From positions 246,126 through 310,125 of the forward strand of contig NZ_DASRYZ010000006.1 in NCBI RefSeq assembly GCF_035686825.1: a stretch of 64,000 nucleotides of DNA, written 5' to 3'. Positions 19,012-28,918 of this stretch are shown here, in pieces. Source of the DNA: Sphingopyxis sp. (GTDB taxonomy: Bacteria; Pseudomonadota; Alphaproteobacteria; Sphingomonadales; Sphingomonadaceae). A program made the position numbers and the translations under genes. Below the pieces are notes generated by a model, which saw only the letters and a program-made list of their open reading frames with translations, ran no database searches and was not told the DNA's origin. Position 1 is the first letter of the stretch, and each line of letters starts with the position of its first letter.

Positions 19012-21807
19012 TCACCCCAGGCGGGCCAGTGCGGCGGTCAGGCGGTCGGCCTCGGCCTCCTTGGCGGCATGGTCGGCGCGCGCCTTTTCGACCGCTTCGG
19101 GCTTGGCGCGTTCGACGAAGGAGGGATTGTTCAGGCGGCCGGCGAGGCCGTCGCGCTCTTTCGTCGCGGCGGCGAGCGCCTTGGTCAGCCGGTCGCGTTC
19201 GGCGGCGATGTCGATGACGCCTTCGAGGGGAATCAATAGTGATCCACCCATCAATGGCATTGCGATGCTGGGCCCGTCCGGGCTGGCTGGATGGTTCGGA
19301 AGGCCGAACTTTCCATGTAGTGGACGGTTGATTGTTTCCAGGCGGCCAAGGCGCCTCAGCAGCCCCTCGATGTGCGAAAGAGTTTCTTCGCCGAAGTCCG
19401 TCTCCGCCAAGAACCACGCCGTAAGCTTCTGGCCCGGTGGGATCGACAATTCTGTCTTGGCCGACCGAATTCTACTCACAGCGTCGATGAGCCATCCGAT
19501 CTGTCGGCTCGCAGTTTCGTCGATCTTTGCGTTCGGCGCGGGCCATTTCGCGGTGATCAGCGGATAGTCCGCGCGGTCGCCGAGCCCCGTCCACAGCTCC
19601 TCGGTGATGAAGGGCATGAAGGGGTGGAGCATGACGAGGATCTGGTCGAGCACCCAGCCGGCGACGGCCTTGGTTTCGTCGTCGATCGCGCCTTTAATGA
19701 GTTCGAGATACCAGTCGCAGAAGCGGTCCCACGCGAAGCTGTAGATCGCGTTCGCGGCTTCGTCGAAGCGGTAGGCGGCGAAGGCGGTTTCCATCGCGGC
19801 GACGGTGGCGGCGACCTCGCCGATGATCCAGCGGTTGACGGGGAGCTTCGCGGCGGGCGCTTCGACGCTGGTCGAGGCCGAAATGCCATTGGCTTCGCAG
19901 AAGCGCGCGGCATTCCACAGCTTCGTCGCGAAGTTGCGGTAGCCCGCAAGGCGCGCGTCATCCATTTTGATGTCGCGGCCCTGGCTTTCCATCGCCGACA
20001 TGAAGAAGCGGAGGGCATCGGCGCCGTACTGGTCGATCAGGCCGAGCGGGTCGACGACATTGCCCTTCGACTTCGACATCTTCGCGCCGTCGGGCGCGCG
20101 GACGAGGCCGTGGAGATAGAGCGTCTTCCACGGAACCTCGCCCATGAACTCCATCCCCTGCATCGCCATGCGCGCATCCCAGAAGAAGAGGATGTCGAAG
20201 CCCGAGATGAGGACGTCATTGGGGTAGTGGCGCTTGAGGAGCTCGGTGTTCTCGGGCCAGCCGAGCGTGGCGAAGGGCCAGAGGGCCGAGGAGAACCAGG
20301 TGTCGAGGACGTCCTCGTCGCGGGTGAGGACAACGCCCGCGCCTGCTTCGGCCCGCGCTTCCTCTTCGGTCTCGGCGACGAAGATGCGGCCGTCGTCGGC
20401 GTACCAGGCCGGGATGCGGTGGCCCCACCAGAGCTGGCGCGAGACGCACCAGGGCTGGATATTCTCCATCCAGTTGAAGAAGGTCTTTTCCCACGTTTTG
20501 GGCACGATGTTGATGCGGCCGTCGCGCACCGCCTGGATCGGCGGCTGCGCGAGCGTCTTGGCATCGACATACCATTGGTCGGTGAGCATCGGTTCGATCA
20601 CCACGCCGCCGCGGTCGCCAAACGGCTGCATGATGAGCTTGTCCTCGACCTTGACCATCAGGCCCTCGGCGTCGATGTCGGCGACGACGCGCTTGCGTGC
20701 TTCGTAACGGTCGAGCCCGCGATATTCCTCGGGAACGAGGTTGAGCGCGTCGATCTCGGCCGGGGTCGCGGTCGCGCCCTTCGCGATCTCGACCGCGCGC
20801 GCCGCGGCTTCTGCATAGGGCGCACCGTCGGCGCGCATCGCCGCGACCTCATCCATCAGGCGGTACATCGGAATGTTGTTCCGCTGCGCGACGCCATAGT
20901 CATTCTCGTCGTGCGCGCCGGTGATCTTGACCGCGCCCGACCCGAAATGCGGATCGGGATATTCGTCGGTGATGATCGGGATCAGGCGGCGATGTTCCTT
21001 CGGCCCGACCGGAATTTCGCAATATTTGCCGACGATCGGGCGGTAGCGCTCGTCATCGGGGTGCACCGCGACCGCGCCATCGCCGAGCATCGTTTCGGGG
21101 CGCGTCGTCGCGATCGCGATATAGTCGCGCTCTTCCTGCAGCACGACGTTGCCGTCGGCGTCGCGTTCGACATAGGTGTAGGTTTCGCCGCCCGCGAGCG
21201 GATATTTGAAATGCCACATATGGCCCGGCACTTCGCGCGATTCGACTTCGAGGTCCGAGATCGCGGTCTTGAGCGCGGGGTCCCAGTTCACGAGGCGCTT
21301 GTCGCGGTAGATCAGGCCCTTTTTGTGCAGGTCGACGAAGACTTTGACCACGGCCTCGGTGAAATGCGGGTCCATCGTGAACTGCTCGCGCGACCAGTCC
21401 ATCGAACAGCCGAGGCGGCGGAGCTGGCCGGTGATCTGGCCGCCGCTTTCGGCTTTCCACTGCCAGACCTTGTCGACGAATTCGTCGCGCGTGAAATCGG
21501 TGCGCTTTTGCTGGCGCTCGTTCAATTGACGCTCGACCACCATCTGCGTCGCGATGCCGGCATGGTCCATGCCGACGACCCACAAAGCATCCTTGCCGCG
21601 CAGCCGCTCGTAGCGGACGAGCACGTCCTGCAGAGTGTTGTCGAGCGCATGGCCGATGTGCAGCGCGCCGGTGACGTTCGGCGGCGGGTTGACGATCGTG
21701 AACGGCGTCGCGTCGGGGCGCGCGGGACGGAAGAGTCCACGGCTTTCCCACTCATGGGCCCATTTCGCCTCGATAGCGGCGGGATCGAATGTTTTTTCCA
21801 TCGGCAT
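19012..21807 (-). CDS. valS: Valine--tRNA ligase
   Basis: 931 aa. HIGH motif ([15 protein letters not shown]), KMSKS motif ([10 protein letters not shown]) and a C-terminal coiled coil. Confidence 0.97.
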   Translation of the reverse strand: MPMEKTFDPAAIEAKWAHEWESRGLFRPARPDATPFTIVNPPPNVTGALHIGHALDNTLQDVLVRYERLRGKDALWVVGMDHAGIATQMVVERQLNERQQKRTDFTRDEFVDKVWQWKAESGGQITGQLRRLGCSMDWSREQFTMDPHFTEAVVKVFVDLHKKGLIYRDKRLVNWDPALKTAISDLEVESREVPGHMWHFKYPLAGGETYTYVERDADGNVVLQEERDYIAIATTRPETMLGDGAVAVHPDDERYRPIVGKYCEIPVGPKEHRRLIPIITDEYPDPHFGSGAVKITGAHDENDYGVAQRNNIPMYRLMDEVAAMRADGAPYAEAAARAVEIAKGATATPAEIDALNLVPEEYRGLDRYEARKRVVADIDAEGLMVKVEDKLIMQPFGDRGGVVIEPMLTDQWYVDAKTLAQPPIQAVRDGRINIVPKTWEKTFFNWMENIQPWCVSRQLWWGHRIPAWYADDGRIFVAETEEEARAEAGAGVVLTRDEDVLDTWFSSALWPFATLGWPENTELLKRHYPNDVLISGFDILFFWDARMAMQGMEFMGEVPWKTLYLHGLVRAPDGAKMSKSKGNVVDPLGLIDQYGADALRFFMSAMESQGRDIKMDDARLAGYRNFATKLWNAARFCEANGISASTSVEAPAAKLPVNRWIIGEVAATVAAMETAFAAYRFDEAANAIYSFAWDRFCDWYLELIKGAIDDETKAVAGWVLDQILVMLHPFMPFITEELWTGLGDRADYPLITAKWPAPNAKIDETASRQIGWLIDAVSRIRSAKTELSIPPGQKLTAWFLAETDFGEETLSHIEGLLRRLGRLETINRPLHGKFGLPNHPASPDGPSIAMPLMGGSLLIPLEGVIDIAAERDRLTKALAAATKERDGLAGRLNNPSFVERAKPEAVEKARADHAAKEAEADRLTAALARLG

Positions 21808-21876
21808 AGCCGGGCGCCTTTGCCAGCCGGGGCGCGGGGCGGCAAGGGGGGATAGCTGGAACAGACCTATCTACCT

Positions 21877-21953
21877 CGTCATGCCGGGCTTGACCCGGCA
21901 CCCGCCTTTCTTTTCGTCAAGAAGGCAGGCCCCGGATCAAGTCCGGGGTGGCG
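21877..21953. repeat. Palindromic intergenic repeat, family 1 (copy 2)
   Basis: Arms CGTCATGCCGGGCTTGACCCGG and CCGGATCAAGTCCGGGGTGGCG. Confidence 0.75.
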
Positions 21954-21969
21954 ATGCAGAAAAGTCCGC

Positions 21970-24036
21970 CTATTTCTTTAGATGCTCACCCAGCCAATTG
22001 AACACCGTCTGGTGCCACTGGACGCTGTTCGCGCCCTTCAGGACCCAGTGATTCTCGTCGGGGAAGACGAGCAGCTGCGACGGAACATTCCGGCGCTGGA
22101 GCGCGGTGAAGGCGGCGAGGCCTTGGCTATAGGGGATGCGGAAATCCTTTTCGCCGGTGATCACCAGCATCGGGGTCTTCCACTTGTCGACATGATTGAC
22201 CGGGTTCCATTTTTCGGGGTCGGTGCGTTCCCACCACGGGCCGCCATGATCCCATTCGTCGAACCAGAGTTCCTCGGTCTCGAACGCCATCGCGCGGAGA
22301 TCAAAGACACCGTCGTGCTGGACGAGGCATTTGAAGCCGTCGGTCCACTGGCCCGCGATCCAGTTCATCATATAGCCGCCATAGGAGGCGCCGAGCGCGC
22401 AGGCGTTGTTGATGTCGAGCTGCGCATCCTGCTGGCCCGCCGCGGCGAGACCGAGCTTCAGATCCTCAAGCGGCTTGCCGCCCCAATCCTTGTTGATGCT
22501 GTCGGTGAAGGCCTGGCCGTAACCGGTCGAGCCGTGGAAATCGACGGTGACGACGCCATAACCCTGCTGCGCGAAGAGGCGCGGGTTCCAGCGGGTCGAC
22601 CAGCTGTTGCCGAAGCTGCCCTGCGGCCCGCCATGGACGATGAAAGCGACCGGCAGCTTCTGCACCGGGCTGACGGGCTTCAGGATCATGCCCCACACCT
22701 TGTCGCCGTTCGCGCCCGCGAACTGGATGCGCTCGAGCTCGACCGGGTCGAATTCGGCGAGGCGGTCGGCGTTGACCGCGGTGAGTTGGCCGACCTTGCC
22801 CTTGGCATCGCGGACGAAGAGGTCGGTCGGCGCAAGCGCGCTGTTGCGCGAATAGAGGAGAGCGCCGCCGGGGAGCGGGGTGACATCGCCGATATTGCCC
22901 GCATATTCATCGGGCGACGCCTTCAATTTCTCGACCTTGCCCGTCGCGGCGTCGATGCGGAACACGGGATGTTCGAGCGTGTCCTGCGCGGTGACGTAAA
23001 GCGACTTGCCGTCGGGCGCCCAGGCGATCGAACCGACCGAGCGATCCCACGCGTCGGTGAGCTTCTTCGTCTCGCCGCTTTCGAGGTTGCGCAGCATCAG
23101 CACGAGCCGGTCGGCCTCATAGCCCGGACGCGCCATCGCGACGTAAGCGAGCCATTTGCCGTCGGGCGACGGCGTCGGCAGCGTGTCGGTCGCCTGATTG
23201 TCCTGCGTCAGATTGACCGGCGCCATCCGGCTGTCGACGAGCCAGCTGTAGATATCGAGGTTGGTCGACATCGGCTCGTTCCGGTCGGCCTTGCGCAAAG
23301 TGAAGAAGACCGTGCGGCTGTCGGCGCCCCACGCGAGTTCCTCGCCGCCGCCAAAGGGTTTGGAGGGGGTGTCGCCGATCAGCCCCGCGTCGGCCGGGCG
23401 CGCCGCGGTCGCCTTGCCGCCTTCAAGGTTGAAGACGAAGGGGCGGCTGTAGGTGCCGGGGGTTTCCCAATGATCCCAGTGACGCACGAAGCCCGCGCCA
23501 TCCTTGTAGAGCCGGCCGGTGCCGGGACCGGGAAGCGCGCCCTTGTCCTTCGCCTCGCAGCCGAAATCGGTGCATTCCTTCGCGATGTCGCCCCAGGCGA
23601 GCAGCCTGGTCGCGTCGGGCGAGATTTTGAAACCCGCGACGTCGGCGTGGGTGTCGGTGACCTGCGTCGCGGCGCCGCCCGCCTTGGGATCGATCCGCCA
23701 GACCTGATCCTTGCCCGAGGCGTTCGAGAGGAAATAGAGGAAGCCGTCCTTGTCGAAGGCGGGCGAGGTTTCATTCTTGCCCGCGGTGTCGGCGATCGGG
23801 GCGGGCTTTGCGTCCTTGGCATTGCGATCGACGAGCCAGAGGCCGGTCGAGCGTTTGTAGGTCTCCGCCTCGGTCTCGGTCATCTGGAACACGACCCAGC
23901 GGCCATCGGGCGATGCCGTCGGCGCGGCGACGCGTTTCAGTGTCGCGAGGTCGACTTCGGTCATCGGACGGGCGAGGGCGGGGGTGGAAAGGGCGGCGGT
24001 GAGCGCGATCGCGCTGGTGAGGAGATGGTTTCGCAT
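21970..24036 (-). CDS. S9 family serine peptidase (prolyl oligopeptidase/dipeptidyl-peptidase-like), secreted
   Basis: 688 aa. Signal peptide MRNHLLTSAIALTAALSTPALA, a beta-propeller-like N-terminal half, and a catalytic Ser motif GASYGGYM. Confidence 0.9.
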   Translation of the reverse strand: MRNHLLTSAIALTAALSTPALARPMTEVDLATLKRVAAPTASPDGRWVVFQMTETEAETYKRSTGLWLVDRNAKDAKPAPIADTAGKNETSPAFDKDGFLYFLSNASGKDQVWRIDPKAGGAATQVTDTHADVAGFKISPDATRLLAWGDIAKECTDFGCEAKDKGALPGPGTGRLYKDGAGFVRHWDHWETPGTYSRPFVFNLEGGKATAARPADAGLIGDTPSKPFGGGEELAWGADSRTVFFTLRKADRNEPMSTNLDIYSWLVDSRMAPVNLTQDNQATDTLPTPSPDGKWLAYVAMARPGYEADRLVLMLRNLESGETKKLTDAWDRSVGSIAWAPDGKSLYVTAQDTLEHPVFRIDAATGKVEKLKASPDEYAGNIGDVTPLPGGALLYSRNSALAPTDLFVRDAKGKVGQLTAVNADRLAEFDPVELERIQFAGANGDKVWGMILKPVSPVQKLPVAFIVHGGPQGSFGNSWSTRWNPRLFAQQGYGVVTVDFHGSTGYGQAFTDSINKDWGGKPLEDLKLGLAAAGQQDAQLDINNACALGASYGGYMMNWIAGQWTDGFKCLVQHDGVFDLRAMAFETEELWFDEWDHGGPWWERTDPEKWNPVNHVDKWKTPMLVITGEKDFRIPYSQGLAAFTALQRRNVPSQLLVFPDENHWVLKGANSVQWHQTVFNWLGEHLKK

Positions 24037-24128
24037 GAAAGCGGTTTAGCCGCGCGGCGTATGTGATCAAGTCGTTACGTCGCCAAGCTGTGGCCGCGAT
24101 GTCTGTTTTGGGGTGGTTTCCAGTCGTT

Positions 24129-24201
24129 CGTCATCTCGGACTTGATCCGGGATCCACCGCAGCGTTGAAGTCATGGACCCCGGATCAAGTCCGGGGTGAC
24201 G
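24129..24201. repeat. Palindromic intergenic repeat, family 1 (copy 3)
   Basis: Arms CGTCATCTCGGACTTGATCCGGG and CCCGGATCAAGTCCGGGGTGACG. The loop (GATCCACC...ATGGACCC) closely resembles that of copy 4. Confidence 0.75.
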
Positions 24202-24231
24202 ATGAAAGAAACATCCTCCCTGTGCCGAAGG

Positions 24232-24331
24232 CATGGGGAGGTGGCAGCGCGAAGTGCTGACGGAGGGGCCTATGGCGCACCCGTCGCGGCCCCTCCACCA
24301 CCGCCTGCGGCGGCGGCCCCCCTCCCCATGG
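24232..24331. repeat. Nested GGGGAGG/CCTCCCC palindromic repeat (family 3)
   Basis: Outer arms CATGGGGAGG (24232-24241) and CCTCCCCATG (24321-24330). Inner arms GGAGGGGCC (24262-24270) and GGCCCCTCC (24288-24296). Confidence 0.5.
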
Positions 24332-24527
24332 CCTGCGGCCACAGGGAGGATTAATAGCAGCTTTCGGTCGCTCGCAGTCTTTCGTGATCGAAGAGGGAGG
24401 GTGTTTCGATCCAAGATGATTGGTTTCCCGCAATTGCTCTCAATCGAGCTTCGCGCGGTCCAATCAAAGCTGTCTGGATCGCAGCGCCTTTCTGGTCCAT
24501 CGGCGCGGCCCGAAAGAGGAGAATCGC

Positions 24528-25292
24528 TTGTTCCGCGCGCTGTCGACCACCACCATCCTTCTGTTCGTGCCGCTGCTGGCGGGCGCGAGCCTGCGCGACC
24601 GCGCGATCGGCAGCGTCGGCGCGCTGATCGGGATCGCGGTCGTCGGCGTGTTTTGCATATTGTTCTTCCCCGCGGCGACGCCGTGGATCGTCGCGCCCGT
24701 CGGAGCGTCGGCGGTGCTGCTGTTCGCGGTTCCCGCGAGCCCGCTCGCGCAGCCCTGGTCGATCGTCGGCGGCAATGTCCTGTCGGCGGCGTTCGGGGTG
24801 ATCGTTATGGGGATGGTGCCGGAGCCGGCAGTCGCGGCGGCGCTGGCGGTCGGTGGCGCGATCCTGATCATGTCGCTGCTGCGCTGCCTGCATCCGCCGG
24901 GCGGCGCCGCGGCGCTGAGCGCGGTGATCGGCGGCCATACGCTGCAGTCGGGGCACGCCGCGCATTTGCTGCTGCCGATGCTCGTCAATTCGCTGCTCCT
25001 CGTCGCGGCGGGCTGGGCCTTTCACCGCTTTTCGGGCCACAGCTATCCGCACCGCGCGGCGCCGGTCGAAGGCAAGCCGGTGGTCGCGGCGGCGTCGGCG
25101 GGGGTGTTGATGGACGACATCGACGCGGCGCTCGCCGATCTGGGCGAGACGTTCGACATCGGCCGCGAGGATTTGGCGCTGCTGCTCGCGCGGGCGGAGG
25201 TCCATGCTGCGTCGCGGATCGGGCGGGCGCAGATTGCTGCGGTCAAAAAGGTGCGCGGCAAGAAGGCGGTGCGCGAGGTCGAGCATTCCTAA
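24528..25292 (+). CDS. HPP family membrane protein
   Basis: The body contains the family motif CLHPPGGAAAL and several TM segments. I prefer TTG 24528, preceded by GAGGAG 7 nt upstream, over the track start at 24420. Confidence 0.8.
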   Translation: MFRALSTTTILLFVPLLAGASLRDRAIGSVGALIGIAVVGVFCILFFPAATPWIVAPVGASAVLLFAVPASPLAQPWSIVGGNVLSAAFGVIVMGMVPEPAVAAALAVGGAILIMSLLRCLHPPGGAAALSAVIGGHTLQSGHAAHLLLPMLVNSLLLVAAGWAFHRFSGHSYPHRAAPVEGKPVVAAASAGVLMDDIDAALADLGETFDIGREDLALLLARAEVHAASRIGRAQIAAVKKVRGKKAVREVEHS

Positions 25293-25294
25293 AA

Positions 25295-25369
25295 GTCGCC
25301 ATCCCGGACTTGACCCGGGATCCACCCCGGCGTCGCGTGAATGGACCCCGGGTCAAGCCCGGGGTGACG
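25295..25369. repeat. Palindromic intergenic repeat, family 1 (copy 4)
   Basis: Arms GTCGCCATCCCGGACTTGACCCGGG and CCCCGGGTCAAGCCCGGGGTGACG. Confidence 0.75.
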
Positions 25370-25410
25370 ATGTCGAAGAGGGGTGACGACTGGAAGGCGG
25401 CAACTGGCAG

Positions 25411-26697
25411 TCAGCGCACCAACACGCCGCCCTTCATCACATGGTCGATCTCTTCGAGCACGCCGATGTCGGCGAGCGGGTCGGCCTTGACCGCGACGAA
25501 ATCGGCGTAGCGGCCCGGGACGATCGCGCCGATGTCGTCGCGGCCCATTTCCCCGGCGGCGCGGCCGGTCGCCGACTGGATCGCCTGCATCGGCGTCATC
25601 CCGTACTTGACCATATTGCGGAACTGGCGCGCGTTGAGCCCGTGCGGATAGACGCCGGCGTCGGTCGCATAGCCGATGTTGACGCCAAGCTCGACCGCTC
25701 GGCGGAAGGCGGCGCGCTGCGCGTCGGTCGTCTCGCGGTTCTTGCGCAGATATTCCTCGGGCCAGCCCTCTTTCGTGCCGACCTCGTCGATCCAGGTGCC
25801 GTTGTAGATGTCCATCGCGAGCCAGGTGCCGTGCTTTTTCGCAAGCTGCAGCGTCGCCTCGTCGGCGAGGCTGGCGTGTTCGATGCTGTCGACCCCGGCG
25901 TTGATCGCGTTCTGAATGCCGATCGCGCCGTGCGCGTGCGCGGTGACCCTTTTGCCGCGCGCATGCGCGACCTTCACGATCGCGCGGAGTTGTTCGGGCG
26001 TCAGTTCGGGCGCGCCGGGTTCGGTGCCGATCGCGAGCACCGCGCCGGTGGCGATCGTCTTGATGAAATCGGCGCCATGATCGAGCAGATATGTCGTCTT
26101 CGCCGCCGCTTCCTCGGGCGTTGCGGCGACGCCGAGGCGCATGTCGGGCGGCAATTGCTCGTTCGGGACGACGCCGTTGAGTTCGCCGCCGCCCTTGGGG
26201 ATGGTGAGATAGGCGCCCGCGACCCACATGCGCGGGCCGGGAACGTCGCCGCGATCGATCGCATTGCGCAAAGCGACGTCGGTGAGGCCGCGATAGGTGC
26301 CGACGTCGCGGACGCTGGTGAAGCCCGCTTCGAGCGTGACGCGCGCGTTGCGCGCGCCGACGAGCGCGGTTTCGGCGGGCGAGGCCTTCATCGGCGCGGC
26401 GTGATCGGCGCTCTGGCCGAGGTCGGCGAGGTGGGTGTGAAGGTCGATCAGGCCGGGGAGGACGGTGAAGGCCGACCAGTCTAGCCGAGTTGCGCCGGCA
26501 GGCGCGTTTCCGCACGGCCCTACCGCCTTGATCCGCTCGGCCTCGACCGTGATGCACTGGCCGGTGCGGACGTCGTTCGAGACGCCGTCGATCAGCCGCC
26601 CCGCCGCGATATAGAGGGTTTCGGCCGACGCCGGCGATGCCGCCAGAAGGGACGCCGCGAGCGCGGCGGTCAGATGGCGGTATCGAAGGCGTTGCAC
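25411..26697 (-). CDS. Amidohydrolase family protein (secreted, metal-dependent hydrolase)
   Basis: The upstream third of track ORF 25411-27282 overlaps the next gene. A GTG at 26697 gives VQRLRYRHLTAALAASLLAASPASA (signal) followed by LPGLIDLHTHL (HxH motif). This start overlaps the upstream gene's 3' end by 28 nt, so it is uncertain. Confidence 0.85.
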   Translation of the reverse strand: MQRLRYRHLTAALAASLLAASPASAETLYIAAGRLIDGVSNDVRTGQCITVEAERIKAVGPCGNAPAGATRLDWSAFTVLPGLIDLHTHLADLGQSADHAAPMKASPAETALVGARNARVTLEAGFTSVRDVGTYRGLTDVALRNAIDRGDVPGPRMWVAGAYLTIPKGGGELNGVVPNEQLPPDMRLGVAATPEEAAAKTTYLLDHGADFIKTIATGAVLAIGTEPGAPELTPEQLRAIVKVAHARGKRVTAHAHGAIGIQNAINAGVDSIEHASLADEATLQLAKKHGTWLAMDIYNGTWIDEVGTKEGWPEEYLRKNRETTDAQRAAFRRAVELGVNIGYATDAGVYPHGLNARQFRNMVKYGMTPMQAIQSATGRAAGEMGRDDIGAIVPGRYADFVAVKADPLADIGVLEEIDHVMKGGVLVR

Positions 26698-27575
26698 TGG
26701 CGCGGGTCCCCCGATTGCAGGCCGCGGCGCAGCCAGCTCATGCGTTGTTCGCTCGTTCCGTGGGTGAAGCTTTCGGGGACGGGGCGCTGGCCCGCCGAGC
26801 GCATCAGCGTGTCGTCGCCGATCGCGTTGGCGGCGCGCATCGCTTCCTCCATGTCGCCCGCCTCCATCACCGGCTGGCCGGCGCTGTTGCGTGCGCGCGA
26901 TGCCCAGACGCCGGCATAGCAGTCGGCCTGCAACTCCATGCGGACCTGCAACTGGTTGCCCTCGGCCTGCGAGCTTTGCCCCTGCGCGCGGCGGACCTGA
27001 TCCGAAATGCCGCTGATCGTCTGGATATGATGTCCGACCTCGTGCGCGACGACATAGGCCTGCGCGGCGTCGCCCGCGGCGCCGAAACGCTGTTCGAGTT
27101 CGCGGAAGAAGGCGGTGTCGAGATAGACGCCCTGATCGGCGGGGCAATAGAACGGCCCCATCGCCGCTTGCGCCGCGCCGCATTCCGACCGGTTCTGGTC
27201 GGTGAAGAAGTTGAGCGTCGGCTTCTGATAGCCGCTGATCAGCTCGCCCCAGACCTGATGCGTCGAGCCGAAGACGTTGCACGCGAAGCGTTCGGCCTGG
27301 GTGTCGCAGGCGACATTGGCGCCGCTGCGGCTGTCGGCCATCGGGTCGCTGGTGCCGCCGCCCAGGCTCAGCATGTTGGCGCCGGGGCCGAGCACGAAGA
27401 ACGCCACCGCGCCGAGCAGCAGGATCGTCCCGCAGCCCATCTTGCGCCCGAGCAGCATCGGCAGGAAGCCGATCAGCAGCCCGCCGAGGCCGCCGCCTCC
27501 GCCGCCGCCGAAACCGCCGCCGCCCCGGCCCAGATCGCGAATATCGTCTCCGGGATCATAATCGTCGAGGCGCAT
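26670..27575 (-). CDS. Neutral zinc metallopeptidase (YpfJ-like)
   Basis: 301 aa. Gly-rich N-terminus plus a TM segment, HEXXH motif (VAHEVGHHIQ), and the conserved C-terminal HGTSEQR. Confidence 0.85.
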   Translation of the reverse strand: MRLDDYDPGDDIRDLGRGGGGFGGGGGGGLGGLLIGFLPMLLGRKMGCGTILLLGAVAFFVLGPGANMLSLGGGTSDPMADSRSGANVACDTQAERFACNVFGSTHQVWGELISGYQKPTLNFFTDQNRSECGAAQAAMGPFYCPADQGVYLDTAFFRELEQRFGAAGDAAQAYVVAHEVGHHIQTISGISDQVRRAQGQSSQAEGNQLQVRMELQADCYAGVWASRARNSAGQPVMEAGDMEEAMRAANAIGDDTLMRSAGQRPVPESFTHGTSEQRMSWLRRGLQSGDPRQCNAFDTAI

Positions 27576-27728
27576 CGGGCTTCTCCACCATCAAGGTCGT
27601 TCCGGCGCGAGTGTTACAGCAGCGCCGGACAATTGGAAGGGGGTTCGCAGCCGACAAGCCATTGCAATGGCGCGTGCTGCGGTGCAACATGGGCGCCGCT
27701 CCAAGTCAGAGGATTGTCCCCCGAGTCC

Positions 27729-28886
27729 ATGTCCCGCCGAGCCGCCCGCGCCGCCTTGCCGCTTCCCGACCTCGTCGTGCTCGTCCTGCAGGGCGGCGGC
27801 GCGCTTGGGGCGTTTCAGGCGGGGGTGTATGAGGCGCTGATCGACCTCGGCATCGAGCTCGACTGGGTCGCGGGGATTTCGATCGGCGCGGTCAACGCCG
27901 CGATCATCGCGGGGAACGAGCGCGATCAGGCGGTGGGCAAGATGCGCGAGTTCTGGGAGGGCGTGTCGTCGGCGCTCCCCTCGCTGCCGACCCCCGACAA
28001 TGACTGGGCGCGCGAATGGTCGCATATGGCGGCGGCGGGGCAGGTGATGGCGTTAGGCGTGCCGGGCTTTTTCACCCCGCGCTTTCCGCCGCCGGCGCTC
28101 GCCGAGCGGCAGACGCCCGAGGCGGTGAGCTTCTATGACACCGCGCCGCTCGCGGCGACGCTCGACCGGCTGGTCGACTGGGACCGGGTGAATAAGGGCA
28201 AGGTGCGGCTGTCGGTCGGCGCGGTGGCGGTCGAGACCGGAAACTTCCGCTATTTCGACACGACATGCGACACGATCGACGCGCGGCACATCCTCGCCTC
28301 GGGCGCGCTGCCGCCGGGGCTGCCGCCGGTCGAGATCGACGGGACCTGGTATTGGGACGGCGGGCTGGTGTCGAACACCCCGCTCGAACATGTCGTTGCG
28401 GCGGCGAACGAGGATATGCTGGTGTTTCAGGTCGATCTGTTCCCCGCGCGCGGGGTGCGGCCGCACGATCTTGAGGAAGCCTGGTCGCGCGAGAAGGATA
28501 TCCGCTTTTCGAGCCGGACGCGGCGGATTTCGGACGGGCTGGTGCGCCGCCGCAAGGAGCATAGGCTGATCGACCGGATGCTCGCGAAGCTGCCCGAGGA
28601 GTTCGCCGACCTTGCCGAAGTCAAGGCGGTCCGGCGCATGGTCGAGTGCAAGGCGCTCAACCTCGTGCAACTCATCCACGAGCCGCCTGCATGGCAGACC
28701 GGCGCGCGCGATTTCGAATTTTCGCGTTCGACGATGGAGGTCAACTGGGCGCTCGGCCGCGACGCGGTCGAGGCGGCGATGAAGGATGGCCATCTGCTCG
28801 CCGACAGCATCGCCGAAGGCCGGTCGGACAGCTTCGCCGTGCAATCGGACGGACTGAAACCCAAGTCCGGCACCGGCCCCGGCTGA
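27729..28886 (+). CDS. Patatin-like phospholipase family protein
   Basis: The track ORF is 26637-28886. An ATG at 27729 gives MSRRAARAALPLPDLVVLVLQGGGALGAFQAG (oxyanion GGGxxG). Nucleophile motif GISIGA. The Asp of the dyad lies in WYWDGG. Confidence 0.88.
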   Translation: MSRRAARAALPLPDLVVLVLQGGGALGAFQAGVYEALIDLGIELDWVAGISIGAVNAAIIAGNERDQAVGKMREFWEGVSSALPSLPTPDNDWAREWSHMAAAGQVMALGVPGFFTPRFPPPALAERQTPEAVSFYDTAPLAATLDRLVDWDRVNKGKVRLSVGAVAVETGNFRYFDTTCDTIDARHILASGALPPGLPPVEIDGTWYWDGGLVSNTPLEHVVAAANEDMLVFQVDLFPARGVRPHDLEEAWSREKDIRFSSRTRRISDGLVRRRKEHRLIDRMLAKLPEEFADLAEVKAVRRMVECKALNLVQLIHEPPAWQTGARDFEFSRSTMEVNWALGRDAVEAAMKDGHLLADSIAEGRSDSFAVQSDGLKPKSGTGPG

Positions 28887-28918
28887 TTTCTCTCCCCCAA
28901 AGAAAAGGACCCCGCACC

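Noticed and set aside
25411-28886. Track ORFs 25411-27282(-) and 26637-28886(+) taken as single large proteins.
   Set aside because: Both are read-through artefacts. The real genes start internally, at GTG 26697 with a signal peptide and at ATG 27729 with the patatin GGGxxG. The upstream portions overlap the YpfJ-like peptidase gene.
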